DNA of 64,000 bases from Saccharospirillum sp. (GTDB lineage: Bacteria > Pseudomonadota > Gammaproteobacteria > Pseudomonadales > Natronospirillaceae): NCBI GenBank assembly GCA_035704555.1, contig DASSWT010000226.1, positions 1,414 through 65,413 of the forward strand, in the 5' to 3' direction. The notes under the pieces are model-generated. The model was given only the letters and a program-made list of their open reading frames with translations. It was not told the DNA's origin and ran no database searches. Shown here piece by piece: positions 53,733 through 64,000 of this stretch (position 1 is the first letter of the stretch; each line of letters starts with the position of its first letter). The translations under genes and the position numbers were made by a program.

Positions 53733-54538
53733 GCCTTGGCCTGGTTCCAGAACGCATCCAGGCTGTCGAGATTGTGTGCGGACCAGTCACCACCGCCAGC
53801 CTGAACCTGCTGTTCGACCTGACTGAACCGGGATTCAAACTTACGCGCAGCTTTGCGCAGCGCCTGTTCCGGATCAACCTCCAAGTGACGCGACAAGTTG
53901 GCGATCACAAACAACAGATCGCCAAGCTCTTCTTCAGTATGGGCGGCATCGCCCGAAGCTGCGGCCGCACGCAATTCAGCCAGCTCTTCATCAACCTTAT
54001 CGAAAACACCACTGGCATCCGGCCAGTCAAACCCAACCCGGGCAGCCCGCTTCTGCAACTTGCGGGCGCGCAGCAAACCAGGCAATGAACGCGGTACATC
54101 GTCCAGCAGTGACACAGCACGGCCACTGTTCTGCTTCTCAACGTCTTTCAACTGATCCCACTGACCGTTCACCGTACCGGCATCGGTTTGCTGATTCGGG
54201 TCTATTTGGCTTTCAAGCGTACCGGCCGGAAACACATGAGGGTGGCGGCTGATCAGCTTGGCGACCAGATCGTGAACCACATCATCGAGGTCAAAGCGCT
54301 GTTCTTCAGCCGCTATCTGGGCATAAAACACCACCTGAAACACCAGGTCACCCAGCTCCTCCCGAAGGTGTGCGTAGTCGCCCCGCTCAATGGTGTCGAT
54401 CACCTCATACACCTCTTCCAGGGTATGAGGAACAATCGACTCGTAAGTCTGCTCCAGATCCCACGGGCACCCGGTACCCGGCGTGCGCAACCGCTGCATC
54501 AGCGTTTTAAGATCGTGATAATCGTATCGTTGAGTCAA
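53717..54538 (-). CDS. mazG: Nucleoside triphosphate pyrophosphohydrolase
   Basis: LR.P..GCPWD.EQT, EELGDL (twice) and QKRAARVGFDW. TTG start. Confidence 0.95.
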   Translation of the reverse strand: MTQRYDYHDLKTLMQRLRTPGTGCPWDLEQTYESIVPHTLEEVYEVIDTIERGDYAHLREELGDLVFQVVFYAQIAAEEQRFDLDDVVHDLVAKLISRHPHVFPAGTLESQIDPNQQTDAGTVNGQWDQLKDVEKQNSGRAVSLLDDVPRSLPGLLRARKLQKRAARVGFDWPDASGVFDKVDEELAELRAAAASGDAAHTEEELGDLLFVIANLSRHLEVDPEQALRKAARKFESRFSQVEQQVQAGGGDWSAHNLDSLDAFWNQAKAKEPR

Positions 54539-54556
54539 ATTAGTCTGCCTGTTCCT

Positions 54557-54748
54557 AGCTCAAGTTTCGGAGTTCGCGGTTGACTATGTTGCCAGTCGCC
54601 CGCACCGGCCACCAGGTAGGACTATCGAGGGTCGGCGTAAACCCATCCATGGGGCCTGGACCGCAGCATCCCTGCTGCGGACCACCCTCGATAGTCCTAC
54701 CTGGCATCCGGTGCTAACTCTGTGCAAGCGAACTCCGAAACTTGAGCT
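54557..54748 (+). mobile_element. MITE-like element enclosing hairpin copy R7
   Basis: Perfect 21-bp terminal inverted repeat 54557-54577/54728-54748 and perfect stem 54612-54631/54685-54704. Confidence 0.8.
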
Positions 54749-54766
54749 GTAAGCTCCTAAGTGCCA

Positions 54767-57013
54767 TTAATGCTTCACGCGCGGCATTACTCGCCGCACA
54801 TCGGCTACGTTGGCGATTTTGGACAACTGGGCCATGACTTTACCTAAGGAATCGATGTCCTCTATCTCCACCGTCAGCCGCATGTCTGCCTGGCTTTCAT
54901 CCTTGTTCGACAGGGTGTTAACCGAGGTCACGTTAATATTGCTGTTGGCCATGATCATCATGATGTCGCGCAGCAGGCCGGTGCGGTCATAAGCCAGAAT
55001 ATTCAGTTCGACCGGATAGGTGCGGCGGGTCTCACCGCCCCAGCTAACTTCAATGATCCGCTCCGGCTCACGGTCTTTCATTTGCAGCAGATTCACGCAG
55101 TCCTGCCGGTGGATCGAAACGCCCCGACCCAGGGTGATATAACCCACCACCGGATCGCCCGGTACCGGCTTACAGCAGTTGGCAATCTGCGTCATCATGT
55201 TGCCGACGCCGTGAATCATCAGATCGCCACTGGGTTTGAGCTCACTGGCCGTCGACAGCTGAATTTCATCCGGCCGTGCCGGGTTAACCATGGCTTCCGC
55301 CGAATGCACCACCTGCATCAGACGCAAGTCGCCAGCCCCAATGGCCGCGTACATGTCGTCAGCCATTTGAAAGTTTACCCGCTTGGCCAGTTCATCCATA
55401 TCCAGCTTGGGCAGATTGAAGCGTTGCAACTCACGCATCAGCATGGCTTTGCCATCACGCAGGTTCTCGGTCCGGTCCAGTGACTTGAACCAGTGACGAA
55501 TTTTGGCGCGGGCCCGGGAACTGTGTACATAACCCAGGTCCGGGTTCAGCCAGTCGCGGCTGGGCGCCGGATCCCGGCCGGTCAGCACCGACACCTGATC
55601 GCCGATTTTAAGGCGATGGGTCAACGGAACAATACGCCCGTTCACCTTGGCACCCCGACAACGGTTACCGACATCGGTGTGGATCTTATAGGCGAAATCG
55701 ATCGGTGTGGCGCCCTTGACCAGATCAATGACGTGACCTTCAGGCGTCAGCACGTAGATGCGGTCGGTCGCGACATCCGCGCCCCACTCTTCCACCATTT
55801 CATGGATGTCACCGAGTTCATCGTGCCATTCAAGCACCTGGCGCAGCCAATTGACCTTCTCTTCATAACCGCGTGAGTGCGCCTTGCCTTTGGCATCGGT
55901 GCCTTTGTAGACCCAGTGCGCACAGATCCCCAGTTCGGCATCGTCGTGCATCTCATGGGTGCGGATCTGCACTTCCACCACCTTGCCTTCCGGCCCGATA
56001 ACGGCAGTGTGCAATGAGCGATAACCGTTGGATTTGGGCGAGGCGATGTAATCGTCAAATTCGCGGGGAATGTGGCGCCACAGAGAGTGAACAATACCGA
56101 GCACGGTGTAGCAATCGCGCACATCCGGCACCAGCACGCGAAATGCCCGAATGTCGTATACCTGGCTGAAGCTGATGTTCTTGCGCTTCATTTTGCGCCA
56201 GATCGAATAGATGTGCTTCGCCCGCCCCTGAATCTCGGCCTTAATGGCGGCCTTGCTGACTTCTTCCTGGAGAATGTTTTGCACGTTTTCGATGTAGCGC
56301 TGACGGTCCAGGCGCTTTTCATCGAGCAGCTTGGCGATCTTCTTGTAATCGAGGGGTTCGATGTAGCGAAAAGAGAGGTCTTCGAGCTCCCACTTCAGGT
56401 GGCCCACACCCAGGCGATGGGCCAGTGGCGCGTAAATATCGAACACCTCCCGCGCCACCTTGTAGCGACGCTGCGCCGGCGCGTTCTTGACCGCCCGAAT
56501 CGCGCAAGTCCGTTCCGCCAGCTTGATCAGCGCAACGCGAACGTCATCGATCATCGCCACCAGCATCTTGCGCACCGCTTCACCCTGGGTTTCGTGCTGG
56601 CCCAGCACCGCCCGGCGCGTCGACTTGTGTTTGGTATGGATGGCGGCCATGCGCAGCACGCCTTCAATCAGCGTGGCTACCTGCGGGCCGAACTGGTCGC
56701 GAACGGTATCCAGCGGCAGCTCTTCCTCACGCACGGTACGGTAGAGAATGGCTGCGATGATGGCGTCCTGGTCGAGGTTCAGCTCCGACAGGATTTCAGC
56801 CATTTCCAGCCCGGTACGGTAAGCCGACTCACCCTCACCCCAGTGGTTCTTGGGTGTGTCAGTCTCTTCTTCGGCGACTCTGGCAATGCGACAGGCACGC
56901 AGCAGCTCTTCCCGGTCGAGCAAGGGGTTTTGCCGTTCCACGCGGACCAGCCACGACTCGAGGTCCACCGTTCCATCACTGAATACGGGTTGATCTTCGC
57001 GTACCTTAACCAT
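54767..57013 (-). CDS. relA: GTP diphosphokinase ((p)ppGpp synthetase)
   Basis: APLAHRLG, GRAKHIYSIWRKM, YRSLHT and EVQIRT motifs, with TGS and ACT domains. The HD hydrolase motif is absent. Confidence 0.97.
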   Translation of the reverse strand: MVKVREDQPVFSDGTVDLESWLVRVERQNPLLDREELLRACRIARVAEEETDTPKNHWGEGESAYRTGLEMAEILSELNLDQDAIIAAILYRTVREEELPLDTVRDQFGPQVATLIEGVLRMAAIHTKHKSTRRAVLGQHETQGEAVRKMLVAMIDDVRVALIKLAERTCAIRAVKNAPAQRRYKVAREVFDIYAPLAHRLGVGHLKWELEDLSFRYIEPLDYKKIAKLLDEKRLDRQRYIENVQNILQEEVSKAAIKAEIQGRAKHIYSIWRKMKRKNISFSQVYDIRAFRVLVPDVRDCYTVLGIVHSLWRHIPREFDDYIASPKSNGYRSLHTAVIGPEGKVVEVQIRTHEMHDDAELGICAHWVYKGTDAKGKAHSRGYEEKVNWLRQVLEWHDELGDIHEMVEEWGADVATDRIYVLTPEGHVIDLVKGATPIDFAYKIHTDVGNRCRGAKVNGRIVPLTHRLKIGDQVSVLTGRDPAPSRDWLNPDLGYVHSSRARAKIRHWFKSLDRTENLRDGKAMLMRELQRFNLPKLDMDELAKRVNFQMADDMYAAIGAGDLRLMQVVHSAEAMVNPARPDEIQLSTASELKPSGDLMIHGVGNMMTQIANCCKPVPGDPVVGYITLGRGVSIHRQDCVNLLQMKDREPERIIEVSWGGETRRTYPVELNILAYDRTGLLRDIMMIMANSNINVTSVNTLSNKDESQADMRLTVEIEDIDSLGKVMAQLSKIANVADVRRVMPRVKH

Positions 57014-57186
57014 CAGCTACTCTTGTGTTATTCAAATCACGGCATAGCCTGACTATGCCCGGACATCCTGTCATTGGGTCACCCCGAAAACGGGCGCACC
57101 TTAGTCATTGAACCTCGCGGACGCAAGCGGCGTTCCGCAATTGCCTTCTCGCCTTAGCCAGTTTCGGGCCAGGTTGTGCCTTAGGA

Positions 57187-57369
57187 CTCAAGTTTCGGAG
57201 TTCGGTCGACTAGGAGGTATTGGCCCGCACCGGCTACCGGGTATGCCCCTGTGGGGTCGGCGTAGATCCATCCATGGAGCCTAGACCGCAGCATCCATGC
57301 TGCGGACTACCCCACAGGGGCACACCCGGCACCCGCTGCTAGTCTTTTAGGCGAACTCCAAAACTTGCG
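57187..57369 (+). mobile_element. MITE-like element enclosing hairpin copy R8
   Basis: Terminal repeat at 57187-57204, degenerate partner at 57352-57369 abutting the cysM stop. Stem 57237-57256/57310-57329. Confidence 0.78.
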
Positions 57370-58260
57370 TTAGTTAAACACTCCGGTCGACAAATACCGG
57401 TCGCCCCGGTCACAGATAATGGCCACTATTACCGCATTCTCAAGTTGCTTGCTCAGACGCAGGGCACCGGCAACCGAACCGCCGGACGACACGCCGGCAA
57501 AGATCCCTTCTTCTGCTGCCAGACGGCGCATGGTCACTTCGGCCTCATGCTGGCTAATATCCAGCACCTGATCCACCCGGCTGGCATCGTATATTTTCGG
57601 CAGATAAGCCTCGGGCCAGCGGCGAATGCCCGGAATCTGGGAGCCTTCCTCCGGCTGCAGGCCAACAATCTGAACCGCCGGGTTCTGCTCTTTCAGATAG
57701 CGGGATACGCCCATGATCGTGCCAGTCGTGCCCATGGATGACACAAAATGGGTCACCTGACCGGCGGTGTCGCGCCAGATCTCCGGGCCAGTGCTTTCGC
57801 AGTGCGCCAGAGGGTTATCCTGGTTGGCAAACTGATCCAGCACGCGGCCCTTGCCTTCCGATTGCATTTGCAACGCCAGGTCCCGGGCGTATTCCATGCC
57901 CTGCTCCCGGGTCACGCTGATGATTTCGGCACCATAGGCGCGCATGCTGGCGCGACGCTCTTCACTGAGGTTCGCGGGCATGATCAGAATCATCTTATAG
58001 CCCTTGATCGCCGCGGCCATGGCCAGGGCTATGCCGGTATTGCCGCTGGTCGCCTCAATCAGCGTATCGCCGGGTTTGATGTCACCCCGCTCTTCGGCAT
58101 GGCGGATCATGCTGATCGCCGGGCGGTCCTTGACCGAACCGGCCGGATTGTTGCCTTCCAGTTTGAGTAGAATGGTGTTGCTCGTCTCGCCGGCCATGCG
58201 CTGCAGACGGACCAGTGGCGTGTTGCCGACAAAGTCTTCAATCGTCGGATATGAGGGCAT
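57370..58260 (-). CDS. cysM: Cysteine synthase B
   Basis: KLEGNNPAGSVKDRPA, EATSGNTGIA and ICDRGDRYLSTGVF motifs. Confidence 0.96.
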   Translation of the reverse strand: MPSYPTIEDFVGNTPLVRLQRMAGETSNTILLKLEGNNPAGSVKDRPAISMIRHAEERGDIKPGDTLIEATSGNTGIALAMAAAIKGYKMILIMPANLSEERRASMRAYGAEIISVTREQGMEYARDLALQMQSEGKGRVLDQFANQDNPLAHCESTGPEIWRDTAGQVTHFVSSMGTTGTIMGVSRYLKEQNPAVQIVGLQPEEGSQIPGIRRWPEAYLPKIYDASRVDQVLDISQHEAEVTMRRLAAEEGIFAGVSSGGSVAGALRLSKQLENAVIVAIICDRGDRYLSTGVFN

Positions 58261-58470
58261 TGTCTGCCTCCTTTCAAAAAAGTGCCGTTATGATACTGCG
58301 TTCGGGCACCGGTGCGTAATAGCACCTCCTTTTAACCAGTTACCTCAGCGCTATATGGCACCTGGCTGTATCGCTTTGATCACCGCTCCAGCGCGCTCTG
58401 GCGCGGGGTTTCAATTGACCGCTTGCCATGGGCCGATTACAGTTCCTTTACTACAAAGACAGGCAGTCAC

Positions 58471-61332
58471 ATGATTTCCACGGGTATTCAAAACCGTATC
58501 CTTTTTATCGCTCTGGCGCCGGTACTGGTCTTCGGCATTGCCTTTACCGCCTGGTTTACGAAAAATGATATGGCTCAACAGACCAGCGCCTTTAACAACC
58601 GTACAGAAACGGTGGTTAACCGGCTGGGAGACGCCCTGTCACTCCCTTTGCAGGAAGGCCGCACCGAGTTGGTTCATGCCCTGCTACGCCGTGCCCTGAA
58701 CGAGCGCGATGCCCGTGCCGTTCGTTTGTTTGACCCCTTTGGCAGCGAGTGGCTGGAATCCGGCCCGACCATGCAGGGCCCGGCCTACCCCTACTCGATT
58801 CAGGATACCAACCGCCTGACCCGCTACCGCACCCAGTCGACGCTACGCTACCTTATTCCGATCTACCCTCCGGCCGACCTGCAACTGCGCATGAGCACCT
58901 CGGCGCCAACCGGCTGGCTTGAGGTTGAGTTTGACTATGCCAACACCCTGGTCGCGCATTATAGGACATTGCTGATCAACCTGATGCTCCTGGCTCTCGG
59001 CCTGATTGCTGTATCAGGGCTGGCGGTATGGCTCAGCCGCGAAATCAGCCGGCCGGTGCGTAACATGATCGCGACCGTCGATGCGATTCGCGAAGGCAAT
59101 CTCGACGCCCGGGTTGACCTGAAAGCCAATGGCGAGCTGCATGACCTGGAAGTGGGCATCAACTCCATGGCCGAAACCCTGCGCGATGCCTATGAAGAAA
59201 TGCAGAACAGCGTTGAGCAAGCCACCGAAGACCTGCGCGAAACGCTGGAAACCATCGAGATCCAGAACATTGAACTGGATATGGCCCGGCGCGAAGCGCA
59301 ACAGGCAAACCAGGTAAAAACCGAGTTTCTTGCCAACATGAGCCACGAAATTCGCACACCGCTCAACGGCATCATTGGTTTTGCCCGCCTGCTGGCCAAG
59401 TCCAACCTGACGCGCAAGCAGGAAGACTATATTTCCACCATTCTGTCTTCTTCACAGGGTCTGCTGACCATCATCAACGACGTGCTCGACTTCTGTAAGA
59501 TTGAAGCAGGCAAACTGATGCTTGATAACCGCAGCATGAACCTGCGTGAGACCATCGAAGACGTACTGGTGATGCTGGCCCCCGCGTCTCAGGCCAAGCA
59601 GCTGGAAGTCGTCAGCCTGTATTATTCCGACGTACCCGAGCAACTGATCACCGACCCGCTGCGGCTCAAACAGGTACTGACCAATCTGGTCAACAATGCC
59701 ATCAAGTTCACGCCCAAAGGCAGCATCGTTGTCCGCACCATGATCGAGCAGGCTCAGGGCAACAAACTGATGGTGCGCATCAGCGTTACCGATACCGGCA
59801 TCGGCCTGTCCAAAGCTGAGCAGAAAGCCCTGTTCCATGCCTTCACTCAGGCCGATTCATCAACTGCCCGCGAATTCGGTGGCACCGGCCTCGGCCTGGT
59901 TATCTCCAAGCGGTTGGTGGAACAGATGGGTGGGGATATCGGCCTGGAAAGCCAGAAAGATGAAGGCTCCACTTTCTGGTTTAACATCAAGGCCGAAGTG
60001 GCCCCGGCCATTCAACAGCCACCCAAGCTGACTGACCTCAATGGCTTCACCCTGGCCATTGTTGAGCCGCGCGAGATGTCACAGCTGGCCCTGCGCCATC
60101 AGGCCGAACAATGGGGCATGGATTGCCTGGTGATGAGCAAGCTGGACGAATTGCACCAACATCTGAAACAGCCAGACACGGTGCGTCCGGACATGGCCCT
60201 GGTGGACGTCAGCGGCTTCGGTAACGACGATTCCCTGTACCGGCAAATCCTGCACATCGAACGGGAGTTGCACTGCCCTACACTGGTACTGGCCACCACA
60301 AGGGACGAGGACATCAGCTACAAACTGCTGGAGCAGGGAGCCAAACATTACCTGTCGACCCCGGTGCGCTACAGCCAGCTGTACCAAACCCTGGTCACCA
60401 TGCTTCGCCCGGAAAAAGCCGGTAAAACGGAAGAGAGCTCGTCACTGGCCCTGGGTCTGGTGCGTTCAACCGTGCGGGTATTGGCGGTCGACGACAACCC
60501 GGCTAACCTAAAGCTGATCATCACCTTGCTGGAAAGCATCGGCATTCAGGTCGATGGTGCCCGGAACGGCGAAGACGCTGTCGAGGCAGCCCGGCACAAT
60601 CAATACGACCTGATATTTATGGACATTCAGATGCCTGGCATGGACGGCAAACAGGCCACGCGTCGCATACGACAGATGGAACCGGCCCAGGCCCGGGTGC
60701 CGATCATCGCGCTGACGGCGCACGCCCTGGCGGAAGAGCGCCAGAGCATGCTCGACAGCGGTATGGATGACTATCTGACCAAACCTGTCGATGAGGATCA
60801 ATTGCACCGTACCCTGTTCAAATGGACCGGCACCGCCCTGAACTATGAGGATACCCAGTCGATCGCAGCGCCCGCCGACAACGAAGCGCCCGCCTCACTC
60901 GATATGGAAAAACTGCACGGTCTGCCGGTGGTCGATTTCGTCTCCGGTCTGGAAAAAGCCAGCGGCAAGCTCGGGCTGGCACGCGATATGTTCACCATGC
61001 TGATGGACAGTCTGGAAAAGGATCAGCGCCGGATGAATGCGCTGTATCAGCAAGGGGACTACAAGGCTTTGCTGGAAGACGTGCACCGTTTGCACGGGGC
61101 CACTCATTATTGCGGTGTACCCCGCATTCAGATGACCGCCATGTACACCGAATCACTGCTCAAACAGGGCCACTACGCCATTCTGGAAGATGCGCTGTTC
61201 CTGCTGAATGAAGAAATCAATGAACTGCAACACTGGTCGAACGACCATGACTGGGAAAAGGTGCTGGAGCAGGCGGTGAAGGTCTATGCCTATCAGATGC
61301 AGCAAAAATCGGGCAAGCGTCAGCCCAGTTAA
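58471..61332 (+). CDS. gacS: Hybrid sensor histidine kinase GacS/BarA
   Basis: HAMP domain, [25 protein letters not shown] ([10 protein letters not shown]) and Hpt ([12 protein letters not shown]). Divergent from cysM. Confidence 0.9.
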   Translation: MISTGIQNRILFIALAPVLVFGIAFTAWFTKNDMAQQTSAFNNRTETVVNRLGDALSLPLQEGRTELVHALLRRALNERDARAVRLFDPFGSEWLESGPTMQGPAYPYSIQDTNRLTRYRTQSTLRYLIPIYPPADLQLRMSTSAPTGWLEVEFDYANTLVAHYRTLLINLMLLALGLIAVSGLAVWLSREISRPVRNMIATVDAIREGNLDARVDLKANGELHDLEVGINSMAETLRDAYEEMQNSVEQATEDLRETLETIEIQNIELDMARREAQQANQVKTEFLANMSHEIRTPLNGIIGFARLLAKSNLTRKQEDYISTILSSSQGLLTIINDVLDFCKIEAGKLMLDNRSMNLRETIEDVLVMLAPASQAKQLEVVSLYYSDVPEQLITDPLRLKQVLTNLVNNAIKFTPKGSIVVRTMIEQAQGNKLMVRISVTDTGIGLSKAEQKALFHAFTQADSSTAREFGGTGLGLVISKRLVEQMGGDIGLESQKDEGSTFWFNIKAEVAPAIQQPPKLTDLNGFTLAIVEPREMSQLALRHQAEQWGMDCLVMSKLDELHQHLKQPDTVRPDMALVDVSGFGNDDSLYRQILHIERELHCPTLVLATTRDEDISYKLLEQGAKHYLSTPVRYSQLYQTLVTMLRPEKAGKTEESSSLALGLVRSTVRVLAVDDNPANLKLIITLLESIGIQVDGARNGEDAVEAARHNQYDLIFMDIQMPGMDGKQATRRIRQMEPAQARVPIIALTAHALAEERQSMLDSGMDDYLTKPVDEDQLHRTLFKWTGTALNYEDTQSIAAPADNEAPASLDMEKLHGLPVVDFVSGLEKASGKLGLARDMFTMLMDSLEKDQRRMNALYQQGDYKALLEDVHRLHGATHYCGVPRIQMTAMYTESLLKQGHYAILEDALFLLNEEINELQHWSNDHDWEKVLEQAVKVYAYQMQQKSGKRQPS

Positions 61333-61341
61333 TCGAAGCGC

Positions 61342-61710
61342 TCAGGCAATGACGGCGAAGGCCACCACGTAATCCTGCTCATCAGCCAGGCTGATGTGTA
61401 CCCTGGTTGCACCGAGCGCTTGCTGTTTCTTGAGCGCCACGCCATGCAGCTGCGCACACGGGGCGCCATACTCGTCCGGCAATATCTCGATGCCCTGGAA
61501 TGTAACCCCCTGGGCAATCCCGGTTCCCAACGCCTTGGCAATGGCTTCTTTTCCGGCAAAACGATTGGCCAGGAACTTCAGTGGTTTCCCGCGACGCTGA
61601 TACTCACTCTGTTCGGCACTGGTCAGGATACGTCGCAGAAAGCGATCTCCCTGCTGGTCGAGCACCTGCCCGATGCGTTCGATATTAACGATGTCGGTAC
61701 CAATATTCAC
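61342..61710 (-). CDS. acpS: Holo-ACP synthase
   Basis: IGTDIV.IERI, FLA.RFAGKEA..KALGTG and HISLADE patterns. Confidence 0.95.
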   Translation of the reverse strand: MNIGTDIVNIERIGQVLDQQGDRFLRRILTSAEQSEYQRRGKPLKFLANRFAGKEAIAKALGTGIAQGVTFQGIEILPDEYGAPCAQLHGVALKKQQALGATRVHISLADEQDYVVAFAVIA

Positions 61711-61743
61711 AGCCAGAGCCTCAACGGTGGTAGAGCCTGAGTG

Positions 61744-62409
61744 TCAGCATACCCAGTTTTTACTGTGCCAGGAACGCCCTTCCAGTACGTGCTGAATGCG
61801 GCCGGCGTTGATCGTTTTGGCCACAGCCAGCGCACCGGGCTGATGCCAGTCGTTATCCGCTATGGCCAGAATCAAGTGCCCGGGTAACTGATCGGCGCGG
61901 GTGCCCTGGCAAAAACCCCGGGCCGGATCAAAGCGGTAATTGCCCTCGGGCGCTACCCAGTCGCCGGTATCCATCGTCTGGCGATAATCCAGCCCAAAGC
62001 CTGTCGCCTCCAGCAGGCGGCGTTCGAAATAGCGCAATGCGGGTGCCTGCTGGTTCGGCTTGGCCAGCAACAGCAGGGTGCTGGCATAAACGCCAAAAAA
62101 TCCTTCATCGACCTGAAACCGGGGCACCAGACGGACACAGAGTTCGTTGATATAGAGCCCCTGAACCAGAGCCGCGCCATAGTGCACGGGCACCGCGCCC
62201 TGATAGCGCCAGTCACTCAGCTGTTTCAGTTCGGAGTTGCCATGGGTTCGGACCAGACAGGGGCAAAACAGGGCGGGACGGGAGGTTCGGCCGACGGCGG
62301 TAAACCGCCCGTGATCCGGCGTGAGCAGCTCCAGTAACCAGTGAGACTCGCGAAACGGGCGGGCATGCAACACATAGGCGGGCTGATCTGGCGCTCGCCG
62401 TCCGCTCAT
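61744..62409 (-). CDS. recO: DNA repair protein RecO
   Basis: AYVLHARPFRESH, GLYINEL..RL and LRYFERRLL patterns, downstream of era. Confidence 0.9.
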   Translation of the reverse strand: MSGRRAPDQPAYVLHARPFRESHWLLELLTPDHGRFTAVGRTSRPALFCPCLVRTHGNSELKQLSDWRYQGAVPVHYGAALVQGLYINELCVRLVPRFQVDEGFFGVYASTLLLLAKPNQQAPALRYFERRLLEATGFGLDYRQTMDTGDWVAPEGNYRFDPARGFCQGTRADQLPGHLILAIADNDWHQPGALAVAKTINAGRIQHVLEGRSWHSKNWVC

Positions 62410-62422
62410 GATTCACTCCCGG

Positions 62423-63334
62423 TCATGGCTCGTTAAAGTAGCCCAGGCTTTTTAGCGCACGTTCGTCATCCGCCCAACCGCCTTTCACCTTAACCCAGAG
62501 GTTCAGCATGACTTTGGCGTTGAACAGCTGTTCCATATCCAGCCGGGCATCGTGGCCGACTTTTTTGATACGACTGCCCTTGTCGCCGATGACGATTTTC
62601 TTCTGGCCCTGACGCTCCACCAGAATCAGGCCATGAATATGCAGTACCCGGTCTTCAAATTTAAACTGTTCGATCTCAACCGCCATCGAATAAGGCAGTT
62701 CGGCACCGAGCTGACGCATCAGCTTTTCCCGGATCATCTCGGCCGCCATAAAGCGCTCGGTCCGGTCGGTAATCTGATCTTCGGGAAAGTAGAACAGACT
62801 CTTGGGCAGGCGTTTGGCGACCTGTTCTACCAGGGCATCAAGATTGTTGCCTCTCAGCGCCGACAGGGGCACCACTTCGGCGAAGTCGAACTGCTCCGCC
62901 AAGCGCTGCATGTGCGGCAGCAGGCTTTGCTTGTCTTCGAGGTGATCCACCTTATTGATCGCCAGTATGACCGGTGCTTTGTTCGCTTTTAGTTTGTCCA
63001 GAACCCACTGATCCTCATCGGTCCAGACGGTGCGGTCGACGACCAGTATGATCACATCGACATCCGCCAACGCCGAGTCCGCGGCCCGGTTCATATAGCG
63101 ATTGATGGCCTTCTCTTCGCCACGGTGCATCCCCGGGGTATCGACGAAGATCATCTGCACATCGTTTTCGCTGTGAATGCCCATCACCCGATGCCGAGTA
63201 GTCTGAGGCTTGCGAGAGGTAATGGATACTTTCTGGCCCAGAACGTGGTTCATCAGCGTCGATTTACCAACATTTGGCCGGCCCACGATGGCGACAAAGC
63301 CACAACGGGTATTTAATTCGTAGGGTTCATTCAC
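62423..63334 (-). CDS. era: GTPase Era
   Basis: [18 protein letters not shown] and KH domain. Confidence 0.98.
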   Translation of the reverse strand: MNEPYELNTRCGFVAIVGRPNVGKSTLMNHVLGQKVSITSRKPQTTRHRVMGIHSENDVQMIFVDTPGMHRGEEKAINRYMNRAADSALADVDVIILVVDRTVWTDEDQWVLDKLKANKAPVILAINKVDHLEDKQSLLPHMQRLAEQFDFAEVVPLSALRGNNLDALVEQVAKRLPKSLFYFPEDQITDRTERFMAAEMIREKLMRQLGAELPYSMAVEIEQFKFEDRVLHIHGLILVERQGQKKIVIGDKGSRIKKVGHDARLDMEQLFNAKVMLNLWVKVKGGWADDERALKSLGYFNEP

Positions 63335-64000
63335 TTGGCATGCTCTCCGAGCGCTTTCAGGGCCGCGCGCGCGGCTTCCTGTTCCGCAATACGACGACTG
63401 TTACCGGCACCGACGGTCGGTTGCTCCAGACCCTCGACTTCACAATCAACGGTAAAGGTCTGATCGTGCGCCTCGCCGCTCACGTCGCGCACACTGTACT
63501 GCGGTAAGGGGGCTTTTCGGGATTGCAAAAACTCCTGCAGGCGGGTTTTGGAATCCTTGATGTTGTCGCTCAGGTTCAGTTCCTGCAACCGTTGCTCGAA
63601 CCATTGAACGATGACGCTCTGTGCCGCGTCCAGTGATTGATCCAGACTGATGGCACCGATGATGGCTTCGATCGCGTCGGCAAGAATGCTATCACGCCGG
63701 AAACCGCCGCTTTTCAATTCGCCGCTGCCCAGGCGCAAACACTCACCGAGTTCGAATTCGCGGCCCAGTTCTGCCAGTGTTTCGCCTTTTACCAGGTGTG
63801 CCCTTAACCGGGACAACTGGCCTTCACGCGCCTTGGGAAAACGATCGTACAACTGCTGGGCAATGGTACAGTTGAGAATGGCATCCCCGAGAAACTCGAG
63901 TCGCTCATTATTTTTTCGGGAGAAGCTGCGATGCGTCAGCGCCTGTTGCAATAGCGCTACGTCGTTAAACTGATAACCCAGCCGCTGACTGAGTCGTTCA
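63331..64000 (-). CDS. rnc: Ribonuclease III, 5' end outside the window (partial)
   Basis: [18 protein letters not shown] and dsRBD. The frame stays open to the window end ([11 protein letters not shown]...). Confidence 0.97.
   Translation of the reverse strand, partial: ERLSQRLGYQFNDVALLQQALTHRSFSRKNNERLEFLGDAILNCTIAQQLYDRFPKAREGQLSRLRAHLVKGETLAELGREFELGECLRLGSGELKSGGFRRDSILADAIEAIIGAISLDQSLDAAQSVIVQWFEQRLQELNLSDNIKDSKTRLQEFLQSRKAPLPQYSVRDVSGEAHDQTFTVDCEVEGLEQPTVGAGNSRRIAEQEAARAALKALGEHAK

Noticed and set aside
57014-57186. Possible rlmD pseudogene remnant between relA and R8
   Set aside because: No recognisable methyltransferase motif was seen in the frames I read. Only a small hairpin, GGCATAG/CTATGCC, is visible.

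Overview
This is a GC-rich gammaproteobacterial core-chromosome segment. The gene order is Pseudomonas/Oceanospirillales-like, and the taxon is an inference only. It holds about 60 genes, mostly housekeeping: zapE (partial), yhcB, cysDN, nif3, malZ, ibaG-murA-hisGDC, orphan mlaC, kdsD-lptCAB-rpoN-hpf-ptsN-rapZ-npr, mgtE-yjgA, ECF sigma/ChrR, Fe-S D-lactate dehydrogenase with GntR regulator, ribC, miaB-phoH-ybeY-corC, fumC, MMPL, tag, rplU-rpmA, obgE-proB, ispB, ssb operon, uvrA, cysM/relA/mazG, gacS/barA and rnc (partial)-era-recO-acpS. I saw no integrase, transposase, rRNA, tRNA or CRISPR. The most striking non-gene signal is a family of 8 nested intergenic elements at 5 loci. Each has a copy-specific 20-22 bp stem, fully or nearly self-complementary, around a 53-54 nt core (one copy has a ~72 nt insert in it). 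Four copies are enclosed by an 18-22 bp terminal inverted repeat (CTCAAGTTTCGGAGTTCG). Other points: an unannotated 40-aa membrane peptide with a strong RBS, a probably catalytically dead RmlD homolog in an ssb operon, and several usual neighbours absent from their standard positions (mlaFED/mlaB, kdsC, lnt, rlmD, pdxJ). All product calls come from motif recognition by eye; no database search was run.
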